Assembly (NCBI RefSeq): GCF_036321535.1 | Contig: NC_087438.1 | Coordinates: 10,976,001-11,040,000, forward strand | Origin: Camelus dromedarius | Lineage: Eukaryota | Length of the DNA stretch: 64,000 nucleotides | Direction: 5' to 3' | Part shown: piece by piece, positions 25,239 to 36,850 of the stretch | Position numbering within the stretch: position 1 is the first letter of the stretch | Layout: the number at the start of each line of letters is the position of its first letter | Position numbers and translations under genes: made by a program | The notes under the pieces: generated by a model | What the model saw: the letters and a program-made list of their open reading frames with translations, nothing else | What the model was told of the DNA's origin: nothing | The model's database searches: none

Positions 25239-25849
25239 TCATAATAATCATACCATTTCTAAGGAATTCCTATACCAGCATTGGAAACAGTAATCAGTGT
25301 TCCAAAAATACTTTAGATAGAGCACTTATTAGAATGTAAAGTTGGGTTTATATGTGTATTTTACATGGGGTGGTTAGATCAATAAGGCCTGGCGAATTGG
25401 ACCACCAGGTGAACTGTGAATCAGCAAAGAGGTTCGAAGGGAGAGTGTGAGTGTGAGGAGAGAATCCAGAAACTTTTCCTGGTTGGAGAAAGACCACTTC
25501 ACTTTCTGGGCTCCATCTCAGCTTTTCCCAACCTCCAAAAGGCTAAAAAGTCTTAATTGCACTGTTGGGGGTGTTGAATCAGAGTTATCAATTATTGTTA
25601 CCAATTATTTGAGGTTTAAAAAAAGAACACATTTAAAGGTTTATTTTCTCACTTGTCTTTAAACAATTTGCATTGGTAACTCAGAATCAGTTGGCAGAAT
25701 CGTGCGTAACATTTTTCTTCCATTATTTGTTTAGAAAACAAAATATCAGAGGTAGTTTAGAGTGAATGTCTCCATGTCTTGTTTACTGATACACAGTTTT
25801 ACTAAGCTTTTGGGACTGGTCATTGAATTGGAAAATGAGTCAGAAAATT

Positions 25850-26335
25850 TGTGATAAATAGCAAAAAATGGCCTTTTGTTTTCTAGCTCCTCCTCCTGGG
25901 AAAAGGTGGGGTCTCTTTCCCTTGCCCTTAAGTCTGGGTTATACTGATGACTGGCTTCAGCCCATAAAAGGCAGCACAAGGGCCAAGCCAAGGCCTCCTC
26001 AAGGGCTCCTCTCCTGGAGCCTGAAACCACTATTCAAGGAAGCTGGGGCCATCCTGCTGGTTGGGAGACTCAACACAGCCCATCACTCCTGTAGCTAAGA
26101 ACCACCAATGCCAAGTACCAGACAGCTCAGTGAAGCCAGCCAAGACCAACCAGCCACCAGCTAATGAGCCAACAGACTACATGCACGTGTGGGGGCTCAG
26201 TCAAGGTCAGCCAAGCCAGCCCAGAACAGAAGACTCACTCGGTTGACCCACGGAATTGTGGACTAAATAGATGTTGTTGTTGTAAGCTGCTAGGTTGTGA
26301 GTTAGTTTATTTTGCCAGGAAAGCTAACTGGCACA
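25850..26335 (+). mobile_element. MaLR solo LTR (MLT1H/F-type)
   Basis: 5' 'tgtgataaatagcaaaaaatggcc' and 3' 'tgttgttgtaagctgctaggttgtgagttagtttattttgccaggaaagctaactggcaca'. Confidence 0.75.
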
Positions 26336-26548
26336 GCGCTCTCTGAAAAAGAAAAAAAAAAAAAAAATCTAGTGAATTGTAGAAGCCAGAAACCATATGC
26401 AGGCTGCAGACCCACAAATATTGCAAACATTGACCAAACACAAGAGACTGATAACATGGTTCTACACTCTAGGACTTTGTTAAAAGTATTTCTTAAGGTG
26501 GCTCACTTGCTCTAGGAAAGGTTATGAAAGGCTCACTCACTCTTTCAT

Positions 26549-26697
26549 TCTTTCCCTTTCTTTCTTTCTTTCTTCCTTTCTTCCTTTCTTCCTTTCTTCC
26601 TTCCTTCCTTTTTTCCTTCCTTCCTTCCTTCCTTCCTTCCTTCCTTCCTTCCTTCCTTCCTTCCTTCCTTCCTTCATTCCTTCTCTCTCTCTCTTTC
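26549..26697. repeat. (TTCC)n/(TTTC)n polypyrimidine microsatellite
   Basis: Directly visible tandem array. Confidence 0.97.
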
Positions 26698-27104
26698 GTG
26701 TGGTTTTCAGGAAAGACCAAACAGTGAAATGATGCATTATAAAACTAAGGAAGATAAAACAACATGTCTTCCCAGGCAGTGAACAAGGTATACACCCTAA
26801 TACTAGAGAAGCAATAAAATTTGCCTTGTTAATCCAATCACAGTGATGTTTAACTGCTGTTGAACTTAATACTTAAAAATATATTGTAAATAGCCAGTCC
26901 TCCAAGGCAAGCAAAGATTGAATCAGGAAAGCATTAAAGGTGGTAATTTTACTTATTTTTTTATTACCTTTGTATTTCCAGGAAGAGTAATACTATATTT
27001 TTTAATTTGGAATTTTTTTCTTTACATTTTGAGAAGTTGGAAACAACTTCACCAAAGGAAATGAAAAATATCTGGAGTGTAACGTCTGTGCTGGTTTGAG
27101 CACT

Positions 27105-27262
27105 GTTTGGCCCACTTGTTATGTGACCTTCAACTAGTCTCTTCGTGCCCTCACCTATAAATTGAGCATCAGGATATCTATTCCACAGGATTAAGTGAGG
27201 ATAAATAAAACCGTGTACATTAAAGGGATCAGCACATTGTAAATATTTAATGAGTATTTACT
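27105..27262 (+). mobile_element. MIR SINE
   Basis: 'tatgtgaccttcaactagtc...cctcacctataaattgag...acaggattaagtgaggataaataaaaccgtgtacattaaag'. Confidence 0.65.
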
Positions 27263-28699
27263 ACAATCCTGTAATTTTAAAAATTCTTCAAACTTGTTCT
27301 AGAATATCTCTGGATCAAGAAAAAGTAAGGATGAATGAATGGTGCAGCATTATAAAACTGATGATTATAAAGAAGCCCAAACTTTGAATTCAGTTTAAAA
27401 TTGTTTTTCATTAATAGTATTCCATTGTAATTACCAAAAGTTGACATGTTTATGAAATTCTTCATTCCATACTAATAATTATACATTTTAGTACTGTTCT
27501 TTAGATATAATACAATTACATAGCACTTTATATTTTCTAAGTGGCTGTAATATCTTTTATATTACTTGACTTTGTCTTCCTTACTTTGATATAAGTAGGG
27601 AGGATCTTATTAAGTCTACATTATTAAGGGGAAAACTGAGACCCTACTAAATTAAATGGCTCTAAGTTCTCATCCTGATTCCAGGCTACATAGCCAATGT
27701 CAGTTTACAGATCAGCAGGTGGATGTGTGCAGTCGTGGATACGTGTGCCATGCTTTGCTACTTATTTTAAATTTAAGTTCCCCTGACACTTTTCTGCTTA
27801 TTTTGGAGGGCAGAAGTTGTTTTGTTAAGGTTTTCTTCAGACACAACACAGAGAAGACAGGTTTGGAGACTGGACTGAAAATGGAACCTTTGGGTGAGTA
27901 AAATTTATTTACTCTTGGCAAACCACAGCTTCCTGTTATCTGACCTTTTCTTAGAGAGGCTTTTTCTTTTTAAAGGAAAGTAGTTTTAAACACCTATTTA
28001 AAAAAAAGTTCTTGGACATTAGATAACTATGAAATAAACCAAATTTTAATGATTGAAGTGTAAATGAATCAAAAACATTTGGATAAAATTTTCTTTAAAA
28101 CACACATGGGTTTAAAAACAAAATAAAATTGCTTAGGGCCAAATACACCTGGAGTTTTATTGAACCCCAAACATTCGGAAAGTAGTTTGTGACCTTCAAC
28201 AGACTGTTACTATACCTCATTCCTAAACTCCTTTTTTGCACATATCCAGTGGAACCTATGTCAGGGTGAGTTGCTAACAAGGTGAGGCTGTACTAAAATG
28301 ATGACCCAAAATACTCTGTGGGCTGACCCACTCCAGTGTCTGAAATTTCACCATAGCACTATTTTTTGCTAAAGAGATTTATCATCTGGAAAAAGCAGAT
28401 CCTTATTAGAACGTGAATAATATTGGGAAAAATAATTAGACATTAGTATTTACATGGCCCTCTAAAATTAATAAACACTTTCACATACCTGTTAATTTGA
28501 ATGTTAATTTTATAGTTTTACAAAATATGCTCATGTGCTTTATCTGAGATTCAGAGAGAGAAGTGATTTACCCAAGACACACAGTGGTCAAGCCAGGAAC
28601 CAAGAACTTTTGTGCCTCGGTCTACACCATGCTCCCTCTTGGAAAGCACGCACATCTTTGCATTCACCAACCCATCAATTGAACTGAGGAGTAAAATGG

Positions 28700-29950
28700 C
28701 AAGAGGGCATGGTGACTGCAAGCAATGGCTACTCTTTCATCAAACTTGTCTGTGAAGGAGAGGTTAGAGACGAGCATACTCTGAGATATTTTTTGTATGC
28801 TGAGATGGAGGGGCCACCAGAAGATAGAGTTTGAAGATCCAGGAGGGAGGAGGGAGAGCTAATGGAACAAAATCCCTGAGGAAGCAGGTGGCATTAGGAT
28901 CCAGAAAGCAGACTGAAGGATGGCTGTACCTTACCCTGAACAAGGAGAACAGGAGTGAGGATGGATGCAGACGCACGGAAATTGCTAAACCGGATGGGCA
29001 GGGAGTCGGGGGAGTTAATCGCTGGAAAGCCTTCATCGCCACGTTGAAGCAAAAAGTGAGGTACCTGCTGAGAGGCAAGATGGGACCAAGGGAAGATGAG
29101 AGAGAGGGAAGCATAGAGTAGGTCTTAAGAAGCAAAGGAGAGGTTAGTGACTAAGGATCCTTAAAGAGATTATTGGCCAAGTGCAACTTTATTTTTCCTC
29201 CCAGACAAATGGTTTTTCCAAGCAGTGCTCAGCAGCTTAGTTGTGGGAGTAAAAAGTCTGATGTTTAGATTAATCTGAAATTAGAGTTTTATAAGATACC
29301 TGTGGTTGATGGTTTATTCAGAGATAAAGTGGTTTTGCATAGTGATTCAGTCCAGGACTTGGCCCTGGAAATAGTTTCCTAAAGGAAAATGAAGTTGAAA
29401 GTTTGATCCACTTAGATGTTGCAGTCACCTGGGATCCCAGTGGCTTTTGGCATTGAAAGAAAGTGTATGTGCCAAGTGTCAAGGATCTCAACTAAAAGTG
29501 GACACAGACAAGGGGTTGGCATATGATCATAACACAGACTACCAGGAGGCATGAGATCTGAGCGTTCTGAGCCTAAAGATCCTTTTAAATGAGGATAATA
29601 TAGTGTGAAAATAGCTATGTTGACCAAGAAACCTCCCACCATTATCCTCAGATTCATGGGAAGTAGTAAGAGCAGATACTCAAGGGTCTAAGGGAAACAG
29701 ACGGAAGAGGATGCCCCCCAAGACCAGGCTGAGAATCGGGAATTGCAGAGGACATCACAGAGGATGCTGGGGAGATGGCAGCTTGGGTGAAAACACAGGC
29801 AAGGGGAGCAGAGGACAGGACAGAGTAACCAAGGGGCTTATATTTGGGGTGATGTTCAAGGTTGCCATGGGGAGAGTGGTATGAGGTTCGGTTGAATTCA
29901 CAGCTCTTCTTGAAGCTTTGATTAAAGTTCTATTGGTGACAGTCTAACCA
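28700..29950 (-). mobile_element. L2 internal fragments (probable)
   Basis: Purine-rich L2-like antisense sequence, e.g. 'gggcagggagtcgggggagttaatcgctggaaagccttc', 'gttgaagtcacc'-like motifs. Confidence 0.45.
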
Positions 29951-30829
29951 GCAATTGAGCCTTTACTCAAAGTCCCAGATGGACCATAGATGCAATTTTG
30001 TTTCTTGTCTCCATCACAGATGTGGCAACTCCAGGTGCAAAATTTAGAGGTTCCAACAGAATTCTTACATTTGCTGCTCCCAATTCCCCAACACAGTAGA
30101 AGCTCAAGAAATGTTGAATGACTTTGTGAATTCTTGGTCTGGTCACTTCCTGATTACTTGTTATATTTTCTGGCTAAAGCTGTAGGAATTTTTATCTTTC
30201 CCTTTGCAAAAACCTCCTCTTATTTCTTACATATTCCCACAGAAACCAGTTTGATTATTTCTTCCAGGGATCTTAAAGCTGTACTATTTTTCTGAAGACA
30301 CAGTATGTATTTTTCCTGAAATGGAAAGTTTTAATTCTTGAATGATTGGGTCCTGTAACATGGATTTGTGGAATGTTCAGCTGTATAGTTTGCTGGGTTT
30401 GCAGGCTTTGTCAGTTAGTCCTATTTTTATAAACAAATTACTCTTACAGTTTCTCCAGTGTATTATTGTTAAGTAATTTTTGTGAAAATATGTGCTAATA
30501 TTACTTACGTTGTCTTGACAAACAAAATATTTTTATATTTAGGCATTCTAGATACTTTCTTTGTGTAAAATATAAGAGAATTATGTGTGTTTCTTTGACA
30601 TGTTCATTCCTTATGACTTGGGAATTCTACACAATAAAGAAGTATGTTTGACTATTTCTAAAAGTTCATTGGAACATATCAATATAAAGGAACCAAGAGA
30701 AATAGAAGAACCAAAAAAGAATTCACTCACTTCTAAATTAAGACAATAATGGTAAATTTGGGAGTTGTTTTCTTATAAATTATAGTTACAGAATAGGAAG
30801 TGCTTTAGCTCACTTTGAAAAATTATTTC

Positions 30830-31530
30830 TTTGACAAATAGTGATTGAGCGTCTATTGTGTGACAGCCTCTGGCAATGAAGATACGGCAGTAAACAAAAC
30901 AAAGTCCCTGTTTCCTTGGGGTTTATAGTCTAAAGGGAGATGGATGAACATTTGAATACGTAAATAATCAAGATAATTCCAGATAGTGATAATGATCATT
31001 CTTATGCTGAAAATAAAATAGGGCCATCCGATAAAGGGTGCTAAAGGCTGGGAGCTGCTTTAGATGGAAGTTGGAGGAAGCTTCTCTATGGAGACAACAT
31101 TTGCGCTGAGAGTTGGATGATGAGGAGCCAGGCAGTCATGCTCTGGAGGAAAGAGTGATCAAAACAGCAGTCTCTGAGGAGGGAGCCCACTGGACAGTCC
31201 ATGTGGGGCAGTTGAAGGAGCCAGGGGGACAGAGTCTGAGACGAGATGCAAGCTGGGGGAGCAGTCAGATGATGTGTGCTCGGAGGGACTTGGGGAGGGC
31301 ATTCGGATTTCATTATAAATGTGGTGGGAAGCTGCTGGGAGATTGACCAAATTTGATTTTTGTGATTAAAAGATTACTGTGGCAGCTATAAAAAAACTTG
31401 GTGGCTGTGAAGGCAAGAGTAGGAACAGGAACACTGTTTAGGAGGCTCTTATTGGGGCCCTAGTGAGAGATGTGGCAACATGGGTTAGATTGGTAGTAGG
31501 GAGAAGGAGTTGAGTCAATTCAGGAATATT
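30830..31530 (-). mobile_element. L2a 3' region
   Basis: 'caaatagtgattgagcgtctattgtgtg...gaagatacggcagtaaacaaaacaaagtccctg...tggtgggaagctgctgggaga...aaagattactgtggcagct'. Confidence 0.85.
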
Positions 31531-32591
31531 TTTGTAATTTATTGTCATGAAGTGTACATAATGTAGTATTTACCATCTTGGCCATTCTTAGGTGTACAAT
31601 TCAGTGGCATTAGGTACATTCACAATGTTGTACATACATGACCACCGTCTGTCTCCAAAACTTTTCATCATCTCTAACATAAGCTCTGTGTCCATTAAAT
31701 AATTCTCCCCATTTCCACCTCTACAGCCCTTGACAACCCCTATTCTCCTTTCTGTATCTATGAGTTTGTCTATTCTTGGCTGCTCTTACATAAGTGAAAT
31801 CATACAAAATTTGTCTTTTTGTTTCTGGTTTATTTCACTTTGCATAATGTTTTCAAGGTCCAGCCACATTGTAGCATGTATCAAATATTTTTTATGACTG
31901 AATAATGTTCCATTGTATGCACATACCACATTCTGTTTATCCACTCATATGCTGGCACACACTTGGTTGTTTCCACCTCTTGGCTATTGTAAACAATACT
32001 GCTATGAACATTGATATACAAGTATCTATTTGAGTCCCTGCTGTATTACAGGGTAATTTTGTGTTTAACTTTTTGAGAAAATGCTAAATTGTTTTACACA
32101 GTGGCTGCATCGTTTTGCATCCTCACCAGTAGTGTACAAGTGTTCAGATTTCTCCATAGCTTAACCAACAGTTATTTTCCAAATCTTTTTTTATTACATC
32201 CATCCTAATGTGTGTGACATGGTATCTCACTGTGGTTTTGGATTTGCATTTTTCTAATGACTAGTGATGTTAGCATCTTTTCATGTGCTTATTGACTATT
32301 TCTATATCTTCTTTAGAAAAATGTCTATTCAAGCTTTTTGGCCATTCTGGAATTGGGTTTTTTTGTTTGTTTTCATGGGTTTTTCTGGTGTTAAGTTGTA
32401 GGAGTTCTTTATAAATGTTCCTGATGTGAGTGGTTTATCAGATGTGTGATTTGCAAATATGTTCTTTCATTCTGTGGTTTGTCTTTTCACTCTCTTGATA
32501 GTGTCCTTTGATGTACAATAGTTTTTAATTTTGATGAAGTCCAATTTATCTATTTTTCTTCTGTTGCCTGATTTTTGTTGTCATAAAAGAC
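31531..32591 (-). mobile_element. Older L1 (L1MA/MB-type) 3' end, first part
   Basis: 'ggtgtacaattcagtggcattaggtacattcacaatgttgt...ttccacctcttggctattgt...gatgaagtccaatttatctattttttcttc'. Confidence 0.9.
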
Positions 32592-32601
32592 ATGACCAAA
32601 T

Positions 32602-33731
32602 AAACAAATGAGACCTAATTAAACTTACAAGCTTCTGCACAGCAAAGGAAACCATAAACAAAACGAAACGACAACCTACAGAATGGGAGAAAATTTTTGC
32701 AAACGATGAAACCGACAAAGGCTTGATCTCCAGAATATATAAGCAGCTCATATGACTTAATAAGAAAAAAACAAACAACCCAATCCAAAAATGGGCAGAA
32801 GACCTAAACAAGCAATTCTTCAAGGAAGAAATACAAATGATCAATAGGCACATGAAAAACTGCTCAGTATCACTAATTATCAGAGAAATGCAAATCAAAA
32901 CTACAGTGAGGTATCACCTCACACCAGTCAGAATGGCCATCATTCAAAAGCCAACAAATGACAAATGCTGGAGAGGCTGTGGAGAAAAGGGAACCCTCCT
33001 ACACTGCTGGTGGGTATGCAGTTTGGTGAAGCCACTGTGGAAAGCAGTATGGAGATTCCTCAAAAGACTAGGAGTACACTTACCATATGACCCAGGAATC
33101 CCACTCCTGGGCATATATCCAGAAGGAACCCTACTTCAAAAAGACACTTGCACCCCAATGTTCATAGCAGCATTATTTACCATAGCCAAGACATGGAAAT
33201 AGCCTAAATACCCATCAACAGATGACTGGATAAAGAAGATTTGGTATATTTATACAATGGAATACTATTCAGCCATAAAAATGACAACATAACACCATTT
33301 CCAGCAACATGGATGTCCCTGGAGAATGTCATTCTAAGTGAAGTAAGCCAGAAAGAGAAAGAAAAATACCATATGAAATCACTCATATGTGGGATATGAA
33401 AAAAAAAAGAGAACATAAATACAAAACAGAAACAGACTCATAGACATAGAATAGAAACTTGTGGTTGCCAAGGGGGAGGGGGGTGGGAAAGGATAGACTG
33501 GGAGTTCAAAATTTGTAGATACTGACAGGCATATGTAGAATAGATAAACAAGATTATATTGTATAGCACAGGGAAATATATACAAGATCTTGTGGTAGCT
33601 CACAGCAAAAAAAAAAATGTGACAATGAATATATGTATGTTCATGTATAACTGAAAAATTGTGCTCTACACTGGAATTTGACACCACATTGTGAAATGAC
33701 TATAACTCAATAAAAAAAAAGTTAAAAAAAA
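32602..33731 (+). mobile_element. Young 5'-truncated lineage-specific (camelid-like) L1 with poly-A tail and TSD
   Basis: ORF2 C-terminus largely readable (ORF 32837-33202: [21 protein letters not shown]...[16 protein letters not shown]...[17 protein letters not shown]), then 3' UTR, AATAAA and A-tail. Flanked by ATGACCAAAT at 32592-32601 and 33732-33741. Confidence 0.95.
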
Positions 33732-33741
33732 ATGACCAAAT

Positions 33742-33970
33742 CTAAGATCATGAAATTTCTTTTATGTTTTCTTCTAAGTGTTTTTTAGTTTCACCTCCCA
33801 AGTTTAGACCTTTGACACATTTTGAGTTAATTTTTGTATATGGGGTAAGAAAAGAGTTCAATTTCATTCTTTTGCACATGGATACTCTGTTTTCCCAAAA
33901 TCATTTTTTGGGAAGATTTCCTTTCCTCTTTGAATGGTCTTGGCATCCTTGCCAAAGATCAATCAACCAC
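33742..33970 (-). mobile_element. Older L1, continuation after the young L1 insertion
   Basis: 'atgttttcttctaagtg...cattttgagttaatttttgtatatggggtaag...gtcttggcatccttgccaaagatcaat'. Confidence 0.85.
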
Positions 33971-34160
33971 CTTAGCTCACTTTTGTAAAAAAGTTTATAG
34001 CTTTTGAGAAGCACAGAGAACACTTATGTTAAAGTATTTGCCTAAGGATCAAATCCAGAGTGTTAGTAGTATTGAATTGTCATGTGTCCTGATTCTAATT
34101 GTTGGAATCAAGGTATGAGAGTAGGAATTGAGGCTTTAATAATTAAAAAGTATATAAGTA

Positions 34161-34545
34161 TGTATTAGTCTACTTGAGCTGTCGTAACAAAATATACCAT
34201 AGACTGGGTGGTTTAAACAACAGAAATTTATTTTCTCACAATTCTGGAGCCTCAAAGTCCAAGACTGAGGGACCAGCAAGGTATGTACCTGATGTGAGAC
34301 CTCTCCTTGGGGTACAAATGACTGTCTTCATGTTGTGGCCTCACATGGCACAGAGCAAGAGAGAGGCCATTCTGGTCTCTCTAGTGCCAATTCCTAGGAG
34401 CACTAACCCTTTAGATTAGGGCCCCATCCTTATGGTCTCATTTGATCTATATCACCTTCTCAGAGGCAGTATCTCCAAATACTGTCACATTGGAGGCTAA
34501 GGTTTCAACATATGAATTTTGGTCTATAACATTTAGTTCATGACA
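34161..34545 (-). mobile_element. MaLR solo LTR (MLT1A-type)
   Basis: 'tgtattagtctacttgagctgtcgtaacaaaatataccatagactgggtggtttaaacaacagaaatttattttctcacaattctggag...tttagttcatgaca'. Confidence 0.9.
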
Positions 34546-36100
34546 AAGTATTGGGTCATCCCTTTGGGTTTGTTTAAGTGTATCTTCATGCTGGTGCTGT
34601 ACAAAAGAAGGAAGAGAAGTTTCCCCAGTGCTTTGAAATCCAGTGTTGGGGATGTCAGCATCACAGAAATTGAGTAGTAGACAGACCAAAGAGATGACCC
34701 AATGTACTCATCCCATTAAATTGCGTGGGGAGGCTTTATACCTGAGAGATGATGTACTTTGCACAAGTCAGACAGCCAATAACTCTTAGACACAATTTTA
34801 AACCAATTTTGCCAATCTTAAACCTACTGCTCTTTCCAGACTGAAAACGTTAAAAATTCCACACCTCAGAAGTCCTGTGAAATTCTCTTTGCCTTAATGG
34901 CATGTAACGTGTTCAAGCAGGAAGAATGTGTTGATTTATTTCATCAACCATGATTTTTTCACATGAATATTTCTCACAGAATGGCAGCCATCTGGTCAAT
35001 TTATTTTCTTCCCTGTTGGCAAGAGTTTCAGACTCTTGGCTTCTACCTGTCTGTGGGCAGATATCAGAACTGCCATCACAATCAAGTAAAAGAAAACGAT
35101 TGAACATTACAAAGAGATAGTGGGAGCCGTTCTATTTCATGAAAACTTGGAAAGTTTTTTCTTTTCTTTTAGGTTGCGATGCCACCATCTCCATTCTTTT
35201 AAATAAAAGCATGTCTCTACTTACTAGCTGGAAGACTTGGGTTCTGTGTCTGGAGGAAGGTGTCTGACTGTAGTCTATTTCCTGTGTGGTGCACATTTTG
35301 GGGTCTCAGAGGCAGATCCACAAATATCAGGGCTTTAATACAGCTTTGCTATGGAAATCACTTGACAATGCAAATAAAGGACATATTACCTGCACACTGC
35401 ATCTTAACATCTAATGAAAATAGCGTATGGATATATATTCCAGCAAAAAGCAGAGATTCTTTAAGACTCCATTCAGTTCGAGGCAAATCAGAGAGTCCTC
35501 TGTTAGCTGGAGTGGGTAAGTTTGTCGGTTTTCCCCTGACATACAACAATTCCACTCTTTTCACCTTTCTGGCATGCAGTGATCTTGAACCTCCACAGCC
35601 CGGGTTTGTGGATTGCTGATGTCATTCCAACACATGGTTGAAGCCCGCTCTGCATACATTACGGAGAGCAGCTCGCCTCAGTATTTAAATGCAAGTTGTC
35701 TCCCTTGCCAAGGGAAATGCAGGGCCTCTAATAAGCCCCATGTGTGCGGGAAACTTGATGGAAGTTTGGAATTTGCCAGTCTCTGCAGAGGAATGTTCTA
35801 TGGAAATACAGTTCTGTATTTGTCATTATGGCATCACGCTGTCACAATTCAAGTGCATTTGGGGATTTAATACTCTTCGAGACACATCTCCCTTTTCGTA
35901 ATCACGTAATATTGTGCCGTGTTGGAAAAACAGGATGCCCAACTTACCTTGTTTTGCCAAGGACTCCCAGGTTTCGAAACTCTTTGGGCCTCAGTTTCTT
36001 CGCCTGAATCCTGTAGAAAATTTAGCAAGATGGGTTTTTTTGTTTATTTGTTTTTGTTTTTGTTTTTGTTTGTTTAGGGATTAGCAGGCACAAACTACGG

Positions 36101-36154
<54 letters not shown>

Positions 36155-36208
36155 TAGATAGAGATTGATAGATAGAGATAGATAGATAGATAGAGATAGA
36201 TAGATAGA
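36101..36208. repeat. (GATA)n tetranucleotide microsatellite, interrupted
   Basis: Directly visible tandem array. Confidence 0.97.
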
Positions 36209-36488
36209 TTTTATAATCTGCTAGTTATGAAAGGCTCTGACTGCTTTGCTAATCTTTACTTTAAATTTTTTCAGTTCTTATTTGTTTACTCTGACTGCTC
36301 TAGATTAAATGTGCCCTCTCTTGCTTCACTACTTTGTTCCAGAGCTTCTGCCTATCAGTGGAGAAAGTCATCTATCTGAGTGATCATTCCATTAACAACT
36401 CATATTGCCTATTCTCTGAGCCCTGTTGCTCTATGGAAATCCTTTCATTCATTTACAATTCACTTGCCATGTACCCAGCACAAAGCAA

Positions 36489-36850
36489 GTGTTATGGACC
36501 GAATTGTGCCCACTCCCAGCCCCCTTCCTCCAAATTATTGTGTTGAAGCCCTAACCACCAATGTTGACTATACTAGGAGTACGGAAGTAATTAAGGTTAA
36601 ATGAGGTCATAAGGGCGGGGCTCCAGTTTGATAGGATTAGTGTCCTTATAAGAAGAGACACCAGAGAGCTCATTCTCTCTTCCAAGTGAGGTCATGGTGA
36701 GAAGCCAGGAAGAGAGCTCTCACCAGGAACCAACCATGATGGCACCCTGAGCTCAAAATTCCAGCCTCCAGAACTATAAGGGATAAATTTCTATTGTTTA
36801 ACCACCCAGTGTGTGGTATTTTGTTACGGCAGCAAGAGCTGATGAAGACA
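36489..36850 (+). mobile_element. MaLR solo LTR (MLT1A0-type)
   Basis: 'tgttatggaccgaattgtgccc...gtaattaaggttaaatgaggtcataagggcggggc...ccagcctccagaactataag...gtggtattttgttacggcagcaagagctgatgaagaca'. Confidence 0.9.

Noticed and set aside
26493..26737. EGRK-repeat and FLPS-repeat ORFs
   Set aside because: Translations of the (TTCC)n microsatellite.
32837..33202. 121-aa ORF as a host gene
   Set aside because: It is the L1 ORF2 C-terminal fragment of a 5'-truncated element, not an autonomous L1 or a gene.
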